The notes beneath the pieces were generated by a model, which worked only from the letters and a program-made list of their open reading frames with translations, was not told the origin of the DNA and searched no databases. Made by a program: the position numbers and the translations under genes. Below, piece after piece: positions 20,221 through 29,293 of a stretch of 64,000 bases of DNA. Source of the DNA: an uncultured Gemmatimonadaceae bacterium (lineage in GTDB: Bacteria > Gemmatimonadota > Gemmatimonadetes > Longimicrobiales > Gaopeijiaceae). The stretch is from positions 40,254-104,253 of the forward strand of contig CAZFRU010000009.1 in NCBI GenBank assembly GCA_964521385.1. Direction: 5' to 3'. Numbering within the stretch: the stretch's first letter is position 1; each line of letters begins with the position of its first letter.

Positions 20221-21252
20221 ATGCCGAAACCCGCCCTTGCACTGGTCGCTCTGCTCGTGGCCTTCAGCCTGCCGGTGGGGGCCCAGGTGCCGATGCGCCC
20301 CGTAGGCACCGTCCTGGTCGCCGGTATGGATGACGATTCGGTATGGCTCATCGACGCGGCCACGGGCGCACTCCGTGCCGCGGTTTCCACCCATATCGCA
20401 CCCCACGAGATCGCCGTCTCGAGCGACGGTGCCACGGCGGTCGTGACCAACTACGGCGACGAACGTGGGCCGGGCAATCTCTTCCAGGTGATCGACGTAC
20501 GGGCCGCCGCCTTGACCGGCGAGCGAACCGTCGAGGGCTATGAGCGAATCCATGGTGCCGCCTTCCTTCCGGGTGACTCGTTGCTGGCGATGACGTCGGA
20601 GCGTACCGGCGAGGTGCTGATCGTCGGGCTCGGCGATGGAGGCATCCGTCGTGTGCTTGCCACCGGAGGTCGTGCATCGCACATGCTGGCCCTGGGCGGA
20701 GACTGGATATACACGGCCAACATCACCGACGGCACCGTGAGCCGGATCGATCCGAGCGGAGCGGCCGAGGCCCGCACCTGGCCAGCGGGCACACGCACCG
20801 AGGGGATCGCCGCCACTCCCGATGGGCGGGAGGGTTGGACGGGCAGCATGGAGGGTGGCGAGGTCGTAGGCGTCGAGGGCGCAACCGGCCGGATCGTGGC
20901 TCGGGTCGAGGAACTACAGGTGCCGTACCGCCTGGCCGTCACACCCGACGGCACAACCGTGCTCGTCTCCGATCCGCCCGCCGAGCAACTCGTCCTGATC
21001 GAGCGCGCGTCGGGAAGAGTCCGTGCGCGCATCGACATTGGCGCGGCCGCGGCTCGCGAGGGGTTTCCTGCAGACACCTCACCTCAGGGATTCGCGCTCT
21101 CGCGCGACGGACGGTGGGCGTTCGTCTCGACCAAGGGGATCGATCGGGTGGCCGTGGTCGACCTGGACTCGACCCAGGTGGTGGGATTCTACGAAACAGG
21201 GGCCGGCCCCGACGGAGTCGCCTTCTCACCTCAGGTGGACGGACGGCGATGA
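20221..21252 (+). CDS. YncE/YVTN-type beta-propeller protein
   Basis: Signal peptide; repeats PHEIAVSSDG, EGIAATPDG, RLAVTPDG, GPDGVAFS. Confidence 0.85.
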   Translation: MPKPALALVALLVAFSLPVGAQVPMRPVGTVLVAGMDDDSVWLIDAATGALRAAVSTHIAPHEIAVSSDGATAVVTNYGDERGPGNLFQVIDVRAAALTGERTVEGYERIHGAAFLPGDSLLAMTSERTGEVLIVGLGDGGIRRVLATGGRASHMLALGGDWIYTANITDGTVSRIDPSGAAEARTWPAGTRTEGIAATPDGREGWTGSMEGGEVVGVEGATGRIVARVEELQVPYRLAVTPDGTTVLVSDPPAEQLVLIERASGRVRARIDIGAAAAREGFPADTSPQGFALSRDGRWAFVSTKGIDRVAVVDLDSTQVVGFYETGAGPDGVAFSPQVDGRR

Positions 21253-21277
21253 ACGGCGGTGGGATGAGACGCGATCC

Positions 21278-22135
21278 ATGAGCGGGCTCAGGGTCGTTCG
21301 AGCCGACAACCCCGCTGAGTTCTTCAATCGCTGCCGCGCGTTCCTCATGGCCGCCGAGGCCGAGCACAATCTCATCCTTGGGCTCGCCGACGCTCTGGTG
21401 TCGGGCGGGCACGACTTCGCCGAGCCGATCTACCTTGCCTGGGCCGAGGCCCGGGGCGACGTCCAGGGGATCGCGTTTCGGACGCCCCCCTTCAAGGTGG
21501 GGGTGAGCCGTCTGCCGCTGGCGGCGATCCCCCTTCTCGCCGCCGACCTGGCCGAGGTGTTCGAGTCGCTTCCGGCCGTGATGGGTCCGGAGGCCTCGGC
21601 TCGAGCCCTGGCCGAGGCGTGGGCAACGCCCAGGGGGCTCGCGGCGCGCCCCGGCATGCGCCTGCGGATCCACGAGTTGAAGAGCGTACGCGATCTCGGG
21701 CCGGGCGCGCTCGGCCAGATGCGGCCGGCGACGATGGCCGACCAGGCGCTCGCGGCTGCGTGGATCGGGGCCTTCGCCGACGAGACCCGCATTCCGGGCT
21801 CGGATCCGGAACAGGCAGCCGTGCGCCTCATCGAGGACGACCGCCTACGGGTGTGGGACGATCAGGGCCTGGTGTCGATGGCGGCCATATCTGGAGCCAC
21901 CGACACGGCCGCTCGGGTCGGCTACGTCTATACACCACCGGAATGCCGCGGGCGGGGATACGCCACTGCCCTCGTGGCCGACCTCAGCCGTGAGATCCTG
22001 GCCAGCGGCCGACGATCGGCCTTTCTCTACACCGACCTGGCCAATCCCATCTCCAACCGGATCTACGCCAGGATTGGGTACGAACCGATCTCCGACGTGA
22101 TCGACGTGGCGATCGGGCCGACTCGGGCTTCCTAG
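21278..22135 (+). CDS. GNAT N-acetyltransferase
   Basis: VYTPPECRGRGYA (motif A); LYTDLANPISNRIYARIGY. Confidence 0.9.
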   Translation: MSGLRVVRADNPAEFFNRCRAFLMAAEAEHNLILGLADALVSGGHDFAEPIYLAWAEARGDVQGIAFRTPPFKVGVSRLPLAAIPLLAADLAEVFESLPAVMGPEASARALAEAWATPRGLAARPGMRLRIHELKSVRDLGPGALGQMRPATMADQALAAAWIGAFADETRIPGSDPEQAAVRLIEDDRLRVWDDQGLVSMAAISGATDTAARVGYVYTPPECRGRGYATALVADLSREILASGRRSAFLYTDLANPISNRIYARIGYEPISDVIDVAIGPTRAS

Positions 22136-22395
22136 AAGAGCTTGCGAATCCTGGCAAAGCCTTCCTTGATCTCGTCGCCGATGAGTTCGAATGCCGAACC
22201 GACATCGCCCGTGGCGTCGCGAGTCTCTTCGCCCACGACCTTCATGCGGCCGCGCAGCCCATCGATCTTCTTTTCCAGTTCCTGCCACTCTTCCTTCGCC
22301 TCGAGCTTGGCGAGGCCGAACTTCAGCTTGAGCTCATCACGCTCCATCTCGAGCTTCTCGAGCAGCGCCTTCAACTTCGTTTCTCGTTCCGACAT
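22132..22395 (-). CDS. Small coiled-coil hypothetical protein
   Basis: MSERETKLKALLEKLEMERDELKLKFGLAKLEAKEEW; coding-like composition and GGAG RBS. Confidence 0.75.
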   Translation of the reverse strand: MSERETKLKALLEKLEMERDELKLKFGLAKLEAKEEWQELEKKIDGLRGRMKVVGEETRDATGDVGSAFELIGDEIKEGFARIRKLF

Positions 22396-22551
22396 GTATT
22401 CGACTCCGCAGTGATGCGTCAACGTGTTCGTCCCTGAAACTAACCGACGAGCCCGCCGAGTTCGACTGCTCGCCGGCAGGGATGGCGATGAAGGGGCGTG
22501 CGGTGAGCCGAGCCGCTTCCCGTGGCGGCGGCGGTCGGCTACCGTGGGCGC

Positions 22552-23505
22552 GTGACTCCCCTGCTCTCGATCCATCTGGCGGTCCTGCTCTTCGGCGCGG
22601 CCGGCCTCTTCGGCAAGCTCGTCGCCCTCCCGCCCACGGTCATCGTGCTGGGCCGGGTGGTGTTCGCGGCCGCGGTGTTGGCTCCGCTGGTCTGGGTACG
22701 AGACCGCCGGACACGCGAGGGCCGGATGCGCGATCGGCGCGTGCACGACGGGCGGATGAACGACGGTCGAGCGCGCGACGGGCGGATACGCGATGGGCAC
22801 GGACGTGACGCCCTTCGCAAGCGGCCCCTGCGAGACCGGATCGCCCTCGCCGGTCTGGGACTCCTGCTCGCGGTGCACTGGGTCACCTTCTTTCACGCGA
22901 TCCAGGTCAGTAGCGTAGCCGTCGGGCTGGTCACCTTCGCGACCTTTCCGGTGTTCACCGCCCTGCTCGAACCACTGCTGCCGGGAGAGCGCCTCGACCG
23001 CGGCGCACTCGTCGCAGCGGCGCTGACGGTGGTGGGAGTCGGACTCGTCGTGCCGACCCCCGATCTCGCCGACGCGGTCACCCAGGGCGCGCTGTGGGGT
23101 GTGGTGTCGGGGTTCACCTTCGCCCTCTTGAGCCTGGCCAACCGGGCGTGGGTGCGCCGCGAGTCGGCTCTGCGTCTGGCGCTCCACCAGGATGCCTGGG
23201 CGGCGGTGTTCCTGGCCCCCTTCGCTCTTGCGGCGCCCCGACTTCCCACCGCGACGGAGTGGGGGCTGCTCGCCTTGCTGGGCGTGGTCTTCACCGCCGG
23301 CGCCCACGCGCTGTTCATACGGGGCCTGCGCCGCGTGTCCGCCTCGCGGGCCTCGGTGATCACGGCCCTGGAGCCGGTCTATGGCGTCGCGTTGGCGTTT
23401 GCGCTGCTCGGTGAGCGCCCGGCGGCACGGACGCTGGCCGGAGGCGCGCTGGTGCTCGTCGTCGCAGGCTGGATCAGCTGGAGGGGTGAGAAAGCCCCGC
23501 AGTGA
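22552..23505 (+). CDS. DMT/EamA family transporter with repeat insertion
   Basis: HWVTFFHAIQVSSV, FPVFTALLEP, LEPVYG; about 10 TM helices. Confidence 0.88.
   Translation: MTPLLSIHLAVLLFGAAGLFGKLVALPPTVIVLGRVVFAAAVLAPLVWVRDRRTREGRMRDRRVHDGRMNDGRARDGRIRDGHGRDALRKRPLRDRIALAGLGLLLAVHWVTFFHAIQVSSVAVGLVTFATFPVFTALLEPLLPGERLDRGALVAAALTVVGVGLVVPTPDLADAVTQGALWGVVSGFTFALLSLANRAWVRRESALRLALHQDAWAAVFLAPFALAAPRLPTATEWGLLALLGVVFTAGAHALFIRGLRRVSASRASVITALEPVYGVALAFALLGERPAARTLAGGALVLVVAGWISWRGEKAPQ
22699..22809 (+). repeat. Degenerate 15-bp tandem repeat (7+ units) inside the EamA gene
   Basis: Encodes RDRRT REGRM RDRRV HDGRM NDGRA RDGRI RDGHG RD. Confidence 0.75.
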
Positions 23506-23577
23506 CGCGCCACCCTCGCTGCAAGTGGCGGCTGTCGCCCCTCAGCCTCCGGCTCCGCTACAGCCTCCGGCTCAGTC

Positions 23578-26508
23578 TCAGTCCAAGCCTCCACCTCCAC
23601 CCCCGGCTCCGCCTCCACCGCCAGCCCCGCTCCCGCCTCCGCTCCCACCCCAGCGTACGCCCTGCGGTGCCGTCTCGCGCATGTGCGCCGGTTTGGCGAG
23701 GAATGGCACACCCTCGATCATCCATGCCGGTGCCGGCTCACCCTTCAGGTGGTGGTCGAAGAACTGCTTCAACCGCATCTGGAAGTCGATCCGGTTCTCG
23801 ATCTTCGCAAGCCCGTGGCCTTCGTCCGGGTACGACAGCCAGATGATGGGTTTGCCGAGGAATCGCAGTGCGTTGTACCACTCGAGGCCCTGTTCCCAGT
23901 TCACCGTCGGATCGGACTCACCGTGCAGGTACAGCACCGGCGTATTCATGTCTTCGACGCCCGAGATCGGCGACTGATCCCAGTAGAGATCGAAGTCGTC
24001 GTAGGGGTTGGTCGCATACCGCCCCTGTCCGTAGATGTCGTAACTGTGGTTGTTCTGGCCGCTGCCCACGAATAGCTGGTTGAACTCACTCACGAGGTTG
24101 ATGGGGGCAGCCCCATGAGCCACCGCCGCGAACATCTTCGAGCGTGTCGCGATATACGCGCCTCCGCCTCCGCTGTACGAATGACCGCTGAGTCCGATCG
24201 CTGCCGGATCGGCGTAGCCGAGATCGATCACGGCCTGGGTCGCCGCCTCGACCGCCTCGAGCATGTCGGAATGCGACGTGCGCGTACGGAAATGGACGTC
24301 GGGCTGCATGAGCAGATAGCCGCGGCTCACATAGCCTGCGAAGTTGGGCTGATGCCGGTACGCCGGCACCGGATACGCATGCAGGTCCTGCGAATACTGC
24401 TCGTAGAACCGCACGATCATCGGCAGCTTCTGCCCCGGCTGCCACGTCTCGGGGATCGCAAGCGTGCCCTGCAACGGAATCCCGTCCGAGGTCTGGTAGT
24501 CGAAGAGAATCCGGCGACCCCAGAGGTACTCGTCCTGCCAGGGATTGGCCTCGGTCACCCGCGTCCAGCTCCCGAAGGACCCGTCGGTGATCCAGAGATC
24601 GGGAAACTCGGTCCAGCTCTGGCGCGTGACCAGGACGCGATCGGCGTCGTCGGCCTCTTCCGGGCGCCCGAAGCGAATGTCTTCGAAGGCCAGCGTCTCG
24701 AGCCGCCCCCCGCTCAGCCTGAAAAACCCGTCCTGCTTGGTGTGCATGCCGAAGCCCCGCAGCAAGACCGGCTTGCTCAGATCGATGGTCTCGGCCTTCG
24801 GATCGAACTCGAGGTGCCGAAGACGCACGTCGTTGGCCTTGCCCCACCCTCCGGTGAGGTTGGTCGCGGTGCTGCCGTCGAGGGGCTGACGCCAGAGGTC
24901 GTGTTGGTCGTAGAGCACGACGGCGCGTCCGTCTGCGGTCCAGCCGGCAACGCCGTAGGGAGGGCGCTCGCCCGGGCGGTCGAATTCGGCGTCTACGAAG
25001 GTCACCGGCGCCGATTCGGTGAGGTTGGTATGGCGGTCTGTCGCGACCTCGTACGCGTGGACGTTGCCATCCTTCCAGTAGAGCCAGTGGGTGCCCAGGG
25101 GGGACAGCCCCAGGGTGCGCAGCTGCTGCTGCACGATGGGCACACGGGCTCCGGTCCGCGTATCGACCCGGTAGAAGTCCCCATAGGAGGGCTTCCAGTC
25201 TGATATGTAATTCGCATCGTCACGCGAGATCGCCCAGCGCCCGTCACTCGTGACGTCGACGGTGAAGCGTCGCTCTTCGTCGAGCGCCACCAGCCGACCA
25301 TCGTCGAGGTGCGCCGCAGCCCGCCAGCTCCGATTCCGGTCCCGGTTGGCCGCCGTCTGCTGCTCGGCCTGGATCCGGTCGTCGGCCCAGTGCCAGATGT
25401 TGACGTCGGCCAGCGGGAGGGCGGTGTCGGGCCACTCGGCCAGCGAATCGGCCTGGGGACGCGTGCCCACGAACACGATGGTGGCGGGATCGTTCCAGGC
25501 GAGCGACCCCTTCTCGCTCAAGACCCATCCATCGGCCAGCCCCGCGTCTGCGGCGATGGTCACGATGCGGGGTGTGGCGGCGTCGAGCGCCGTGACCGCG
25601 ACCAGGGTGTTGTCGCGCTCGACCTTTCCCTCTGGATTGGCGCCGCGCAACACTGCGACCGCACCTGCGTCGTCGGCCCAGGTCAGACGGCTGTAGCGGG
25701 CGTCGGCCCCGTCGAGGGTGCGGCGCATGCCGCTGGCGGTGTCCATGAGGTAGAGCCCATTGCCCTCCCGGTCGGCGGCGTCGACGGTCCAGGCCAGCCA
25801 GCGACCGTCGGCGTCGAAGTCCATCTGGGCGACGCTACCCAGCAGCTCCACGCTCCCGACCCGCAGGTGGCGCAGGATCAGGTCGGTGCCGTCGTAGTCC
25901 GCCTCGTCGTCGACCTTGGCCTTCTTCACCCAGAAATGCGACGAGCCGGGTGCGAAGCCGAAGGCGTCGGCGTTCTCCCATGCCCACCGTGCCCCTGTGG
26001 CGAGCTCCATCAGACCGGCCTTGGCAGGAATATCGGCCTTGCTCTTCTCCTGGGCGGCGAACGAAGCGCCCACCCGATACGCCACCCAGCGACCGTCGTC
26101 GGAGAATACCGGCTGTGTCGCGAAGGCCACCGTATGCTCGACCGCAGAATCCAGTCCCTTCACATGCAGTGTGTCGTCGCCCCGTACCCGACCATAGCTC
26201 CAAGCCACCCAACGTCCGTCGGGCGCCAGCGTCTCACCCGACACGGCCCGCCAGCGTGCGTAGTCGGCGATCTCGAGTGGGCGCTTGGCGCCTGTACCCT
26301 GTGATGCGGTGGCCGTGGCGGCGGACGCGGCGACCTGAGCCACGGCTGCGTCGGGCAGGAGGGCGGCAGCCACCGTGGTGAGGGCGAGGGCCGACCCGAG
26401 CGAGAGAGCCGACCCGAAGAAAAGGGCCGACCCGAGCGAGAGCGACGGCAGAGCGGAGAGCGACAGGGTGGCGAAGGGCCAGGCGTGGCGGCGCGACGAT
26501 ACGGACAT
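23578..26508 (-). CDS. S9 family (prolyl oligopeptidase/DPP-like) exported peptidase
   Basis: Beta-propeller region, then catalytic domain GHSYSG, HGESDPTV, EGHGL. Confidence 0.9.
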   Translation of the reverse strand: MSVSSRRHAWPFATLSLSALPSLSLGSALFFGSALSLGSALALTTVAAALLPDAAVAQVAASAATATASQGTGAKRPLEIADYARWRAVSGETLAPDGRWVAWSYGRVRGDDTLHVKGLDSAVEHTVAFATQPVFSDDGRWVAYRVGASFAAQEKSKADIPAKAGLMELATGARWAWENADAFGFAPGSSHFWVKKAKVDDEADYDGTDLILRHLRVGSVELLGSVAQMDFDADGRWLAWTVDAADREGNGLYLMDTASGMRRTLDGADARYSRLTWADDAGAVAVLRGANPEGKVERDNTLVAVTALDAATPRIVTIAADAGLADGWVLSEKGSLAWNDPATIVFVGTRPQADSLAEWPDTALPLADVNIWHWADDRIQAEQQTAANRDRNRSWRAAAHLDDGRLVALDEERRFTVDVTSDGRWAISRDDANYISDWKPSYGDFYRVDTRTGARVPIVQQQLRTLGLSPLGTHWLYWKDGNVHAYEVATDRHTNLTESAPVTFVDAEFDRPGERPPYGVAGWTADGRAVVLYDQHDLWRQPLDGSTATNLTGGWGKANDVRLRHLEFDPKAETIDLSKPVLLRGFGMHTKQDGFFRLSGGRLETLAFEDIRFGRPEEADDADRVLVTRQSWTEFPDLWITDGSFGSWTRVTEANPWQDEYLWGRRILFDYQTSDGIPLQGTLAIPETWQPGQKLPMIVRFYEQYSQDLHAYPVPAYRHQPNFAGYVSRGYLLMQPDVHFRTRTSHSDMLEAVEAATQAVIDLGYADPAAIGLSGHSYSGGGGAYIATRSKMFAAVAHGAAPINLVSEFNQLFVGSGQNNHSYDIYGQGRYATNPYDDFDLYWDQSPISGVEDMNTPVLYLHGESDPTVNWEQGLEWYNALRFLGKPIIWLSYPDEGHGLAKIENRIDFQMRLKQFFDHHLKGEPAPAWMIEGVPFLAKPAHMRETAPQGVRWGGSGGGSGAGGGGGAGGGGGGLD
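26387..26440. repeat. Three 18-bp tandem repeats in the S9 signal peptide
   Basis: agggccgacccgagcgag / agagccgacccgaagaaa / agggccgacccgagcgag, encoding LSLGSA LFFGSA LSLGSA. Confidence 0.8.
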
Positions 26509-26742
26509 GGCAGGGACGTTTCGGTGGAAAGGGAGCGGGTGGCGGCGCGAACGAGGTGGGGTCGGATCGGGAGGGATTCCTGCGGGGAGATTACGAACGA
26601 AGGTCGCCAGGGGAAAGCGAGGGGGCCCCCTGCACCGCGGCGCACTCCGACTCGACACGGGCAAGCCGAGCCCGTATATCCATGCACAATCGGTCGGAGC
26701 CGCCCGTCTCCGTCCCCTACCCAGGATCAGGAGAGCCACGTC

Positions 26743-27138
26743 ATGTTCAAGCGCCTCACCGTTGCCGCTGCTCTGGGCCTTCTGCTCGGCGCGTGTTCCG
26801 GCGGCCCGCCCCCGGCTCCGCCCGCTCCCCCGCCCTTCGACCCGAGCGGCACCTACGACATCAGCATCAACGCCCAGGGCATGTCGATTCCGGGAATCAT
26901 GGTGATCGAGGGGTCGCCAGAGACCGGCTTCACCGGAAGCATCGACACCGAGATGGGGGGCGCGGTGCTGTCGAACCTCGCTCTGGTCGGGCGTGAGTTG
27001 ACCTTCAGCGTGCCCGAGGTGGGAGCGACCGTGCAGCTCCTCTTCGAGGGCGATGGTTTCACGGGTGGTATGGGCGGCGCCATGGGCGAAGCGAGCATTT
27101 CGGGCATTCGCCGCGCCGGAGGGCTCGCCCTCCGGTGA
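26743..27138 (+). CDS. Hypothetical lipoprotein
   Basis: AGGAG RBS; lipobox LLGAC; Pro linker; small beta domain (DPSGTYDI). Confidence 0.75.
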   Translation: MFKRLTVAAALGLLLGACSGGPPPAPPAPPPFDPSGTYDISINAQGMSIPGIMVIEGSPETGFTGSIDTEMGGAVLSNLALVGRELTFSVPEVGATVQLLFEGDGFTGGMGGAMGEASISGIRRAGGLALR

Positions 27139-27371
27139 CGATCCAACTGGATGAGGCCCGCAGGGAGCGATTGAACGCCCGCCTGCGGGCCTTCTACCAG
27201 GAGGAGTTCGACGAACACCTCAGCTCGTTTCGCGCCGAACAGCTGCTCGACTTCACACTGTCGACGCTCGGTCCGCAGATCTACAACCAGGCGGTCCAGG
27301 ACGCGCTGGCGTACATGCACCAGCGGCTCGCCGATCTCGACGTCGAAGTGCACGCCCTCGACGAGGGCTGA
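27135..27371 (+). CDS. DUF2164 domain protein
   Basis: FRAEQLLDF..LGPQIYNQAVQDA. Confidence 0.85.
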   Translation: MTIQLDEARRERLNARLRAFYQEEFDEHLSSFRAEQLLDFTLSTLGPQIYNQAVQDALAYMHQRLADLDVEVHALDEG

Positions 27372-27414
27372 GGAACGCCCAGGAATCGAACCCGACCGTC
27401 GGTCGAGCGGCGCC

Positions 27415-28128
27415 TCAGCGCATCGAGACGCCGTCCGGCACCGGCTCCACCAGCTCGGGCCCATCGACCCCGGGCCGATTGACCACGGTCGACACCTCCC
27501 ACGCCTCGAACGCGTCGTCCGGGGCCGGCGTCAACAGGTCGTGCAGCGCATCGGGCTCGGTGGTGCGGTCCAACCAGCGACTCACCCCCTCGCGGTCGAG
27601 CGTGACGGGCATGCGATCGTGGAGCGCCCGCATCCAGGCGCTCGCCCGCGTCGTCAGGAGCGTGAAGGTGATCAGCACCGGCGGGTCGTCGCCCGAGCCC
27701 CGCCAGCGTTCCCAGAGTCCCGCCACCCCGAACGGTCGCCGATCGGGGCGGTGGATCCAGAAGGGGATCTTCGTCGGCCGGGTCGAGCCGGCCACCTCAC
27801 GCGGGCGCCACTCGTAGAACCCGTCCATGGGCACGACGCAGCGACGATGGGCGAACGCCTCTCGAAAGGCGGGCTTGCTCGCGGCCGTCTCGGAGCGGGC
27901 GTTGATCATCCGGTTGCCGATCGAGGGATCGTCGGCCCACGGCGGCACGAGTCCCCAACGCATCGGGCCGAGGCGGCGCTCTCCAGCCGGGGACTGCAGC
28001 ACCACCGCAAGCTCCTGGGTCGGCGCCGCATTGAAGCGGGGGTGCCAGTTCTCGAACACCGTGACATCGATGTCGAAGGCGTCGATGACCTCATCGAGCG
28101 GTGCGGCCAGGGTGTATCTGCCGCACAT
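27415..28128 (-). CDS. SOS response-associated peptidase (SRAP, YedK/HMCES family)
   Basis: MCGRY, RFNAAPTQ, WGLVP, INARSET, GFYEW, HDRMP. Confidence 0.95.
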   Translation of the reverse strand: MCGRYTLAAPLDEVIDAFDIDVTVFENWHPRFNAAPTQELAVVLQSPAGERRLGPMRWGLVPPWADDPSIGNRMINARSETAASKPAFREAFAHRRCVVPMDGFYEWRPREVAGSTRPTKIPFWIHRPDRRPFGVAGLWERWRGSGDDPPVLITFTLLTTRASAWMRALHDRMPVTLDREGVSRWLDRTTEPDALHDLLTPAPDDAFEAWEVSTVVNRPGVDGPELVEPVPDGVSMR

Positions 28129-28133
28129 CGGGC

Positions 28134-29285
28134 TCAGTCGCCGTGGTTCTGGCGGAGCACCACCAACTGATCGCCATCCTCATGCTGCCGGCGGTAGCCG
28201 AGCAGGTGCAGCACCTGCAGGGCATAGAAGCGGGCGATGCCTCGATCGACGATCAATGCGTCGTCGCGATCGGGATGGATGCGGATTCCCGGCAGCCAGT
28301 GCACCACCCGCCCAAACCCGACCTTGCGGAGCACCTTCGACGCAGCCAGCCAGAAGGCGCTGAACTCCCGCACGAGAAAGAACCCGTCCTGTCCCAGCTG
28401 CTGATACAGGGGCATGAGCACCCGTGCCGACTCCGTTGCCGTCACCGGCCCCCGCAGATCGTCGGCCAGCACCTCACCCCGCCGTACCGGTTGAAAATTG
28501 CCGTACCCGGGGCGCATCCGAAATGCGTCTTCGGGGGCAACGGCGTGACGGTAGCGCATCTCGACCACCCGCGGCAGATGGCGGCTGTCGCGGCGCAACA
28601 AACGGCGGGCCGCCCCGAGTTCCGGCAGCTCGGACTCGGGCGCGATCCCGGTGGCGGCGAGCATGATCCAGATACCGGCCTCAGCGCGGTCGACCGCAGC
28701 CGCCTCGGTGTGCTGACCACTCTCGAGGGCGATGGTGATGCAGCCGCGGGTGCCGAGATAGTCATGCAATGTGCCCTCGACGAGCTCTTCGAGCCCCAGC
28801 ACCAACGGCACGGGGATCGCCAGCGCGATCTGGCGATTCCGCAGGGTATCAGACACCGTGCTGAATGGACCGCCGCTGCCCGACGTCGTGTGAAGGTCGA
28901 GCAGATAGACCGGCCCTTCGGACCCGACCAGGTACTCGTCGAGGATCGCCAACAGCTCGAGTTGCTCGGCGTCTTCAGCCGAACCGAGGCCTTCCATACC
29001 GATCGGCGATTGCAGCAACGCCGCCACCCCGGCCGATGTCCACGCCCGATTCAGGTCCCGGTCCACGAACCGCTTGCCGAGCGCGAGCGCCTGGCGATTG
29101 CCCGCCAGAAAGACCACCTGTCCACGCAGGCGGTCCTCACGGGCCGCGAGCGCGTGCACCATCCGTTGCGACGCCTCGACACCCGCCGGTTCGTTGCCGT
29201 GGACGCCGCCCACCACGATCAGAGTGGGTTGGCCAGAGCGCGCATGTCCGAGCCGCCCCAACACCCGTTCCAGGGTTGCCTCCAC
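28134..29285 (-). CDS. Succinylglutamate desuccinylase/aspartoacylase (AstE/AspA, M14-like) family protein
   Basis: GVHGNE, DLNR, DLHTT, LESGQH; extra C-terminal domain. Confidence 0.88.
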   Translation of the reverse strand: MEATLERVLGRLGHARSGQPTLIVVGGVHGNEPAGVEASQRMVHALAAREDRLRGQVVFLAGNRQALALGKRFVDRDLNRAWTSAGVAALLQSPIGMEGLGSAEDAEQLELLAILDEYLVGSEGPVYLLDLHTTSGSGGPFSTVSDTLRNRQIALAIPVPLVLGLEELVEGTLHDYLGTRGCITIALESGQHTEAAAVDRAEAGIWIMLAATGIAPESELPELGAARRLLRRDSRHLPRVVEMRYRHAVAPEDAFRMRPGYGNFQPVRRGEVLADDLRGPVTATESARVLMPLYQQLGQDGFFLVREFSAFWLAASKVLRKVGFGRVVHWLPGIRIHPDRDDALIVDRGIARFYALQVLHLLGYRRQHEDGDQLVVLRQNHGD

Positions 29286-29293
29286 CGGTAGTC

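Noticed and set aside
22699..26440. Short tandem repeats as a CRISPR array
   Set aside because: They are in-frame coding repeats without spacers, and there are no cas genes.
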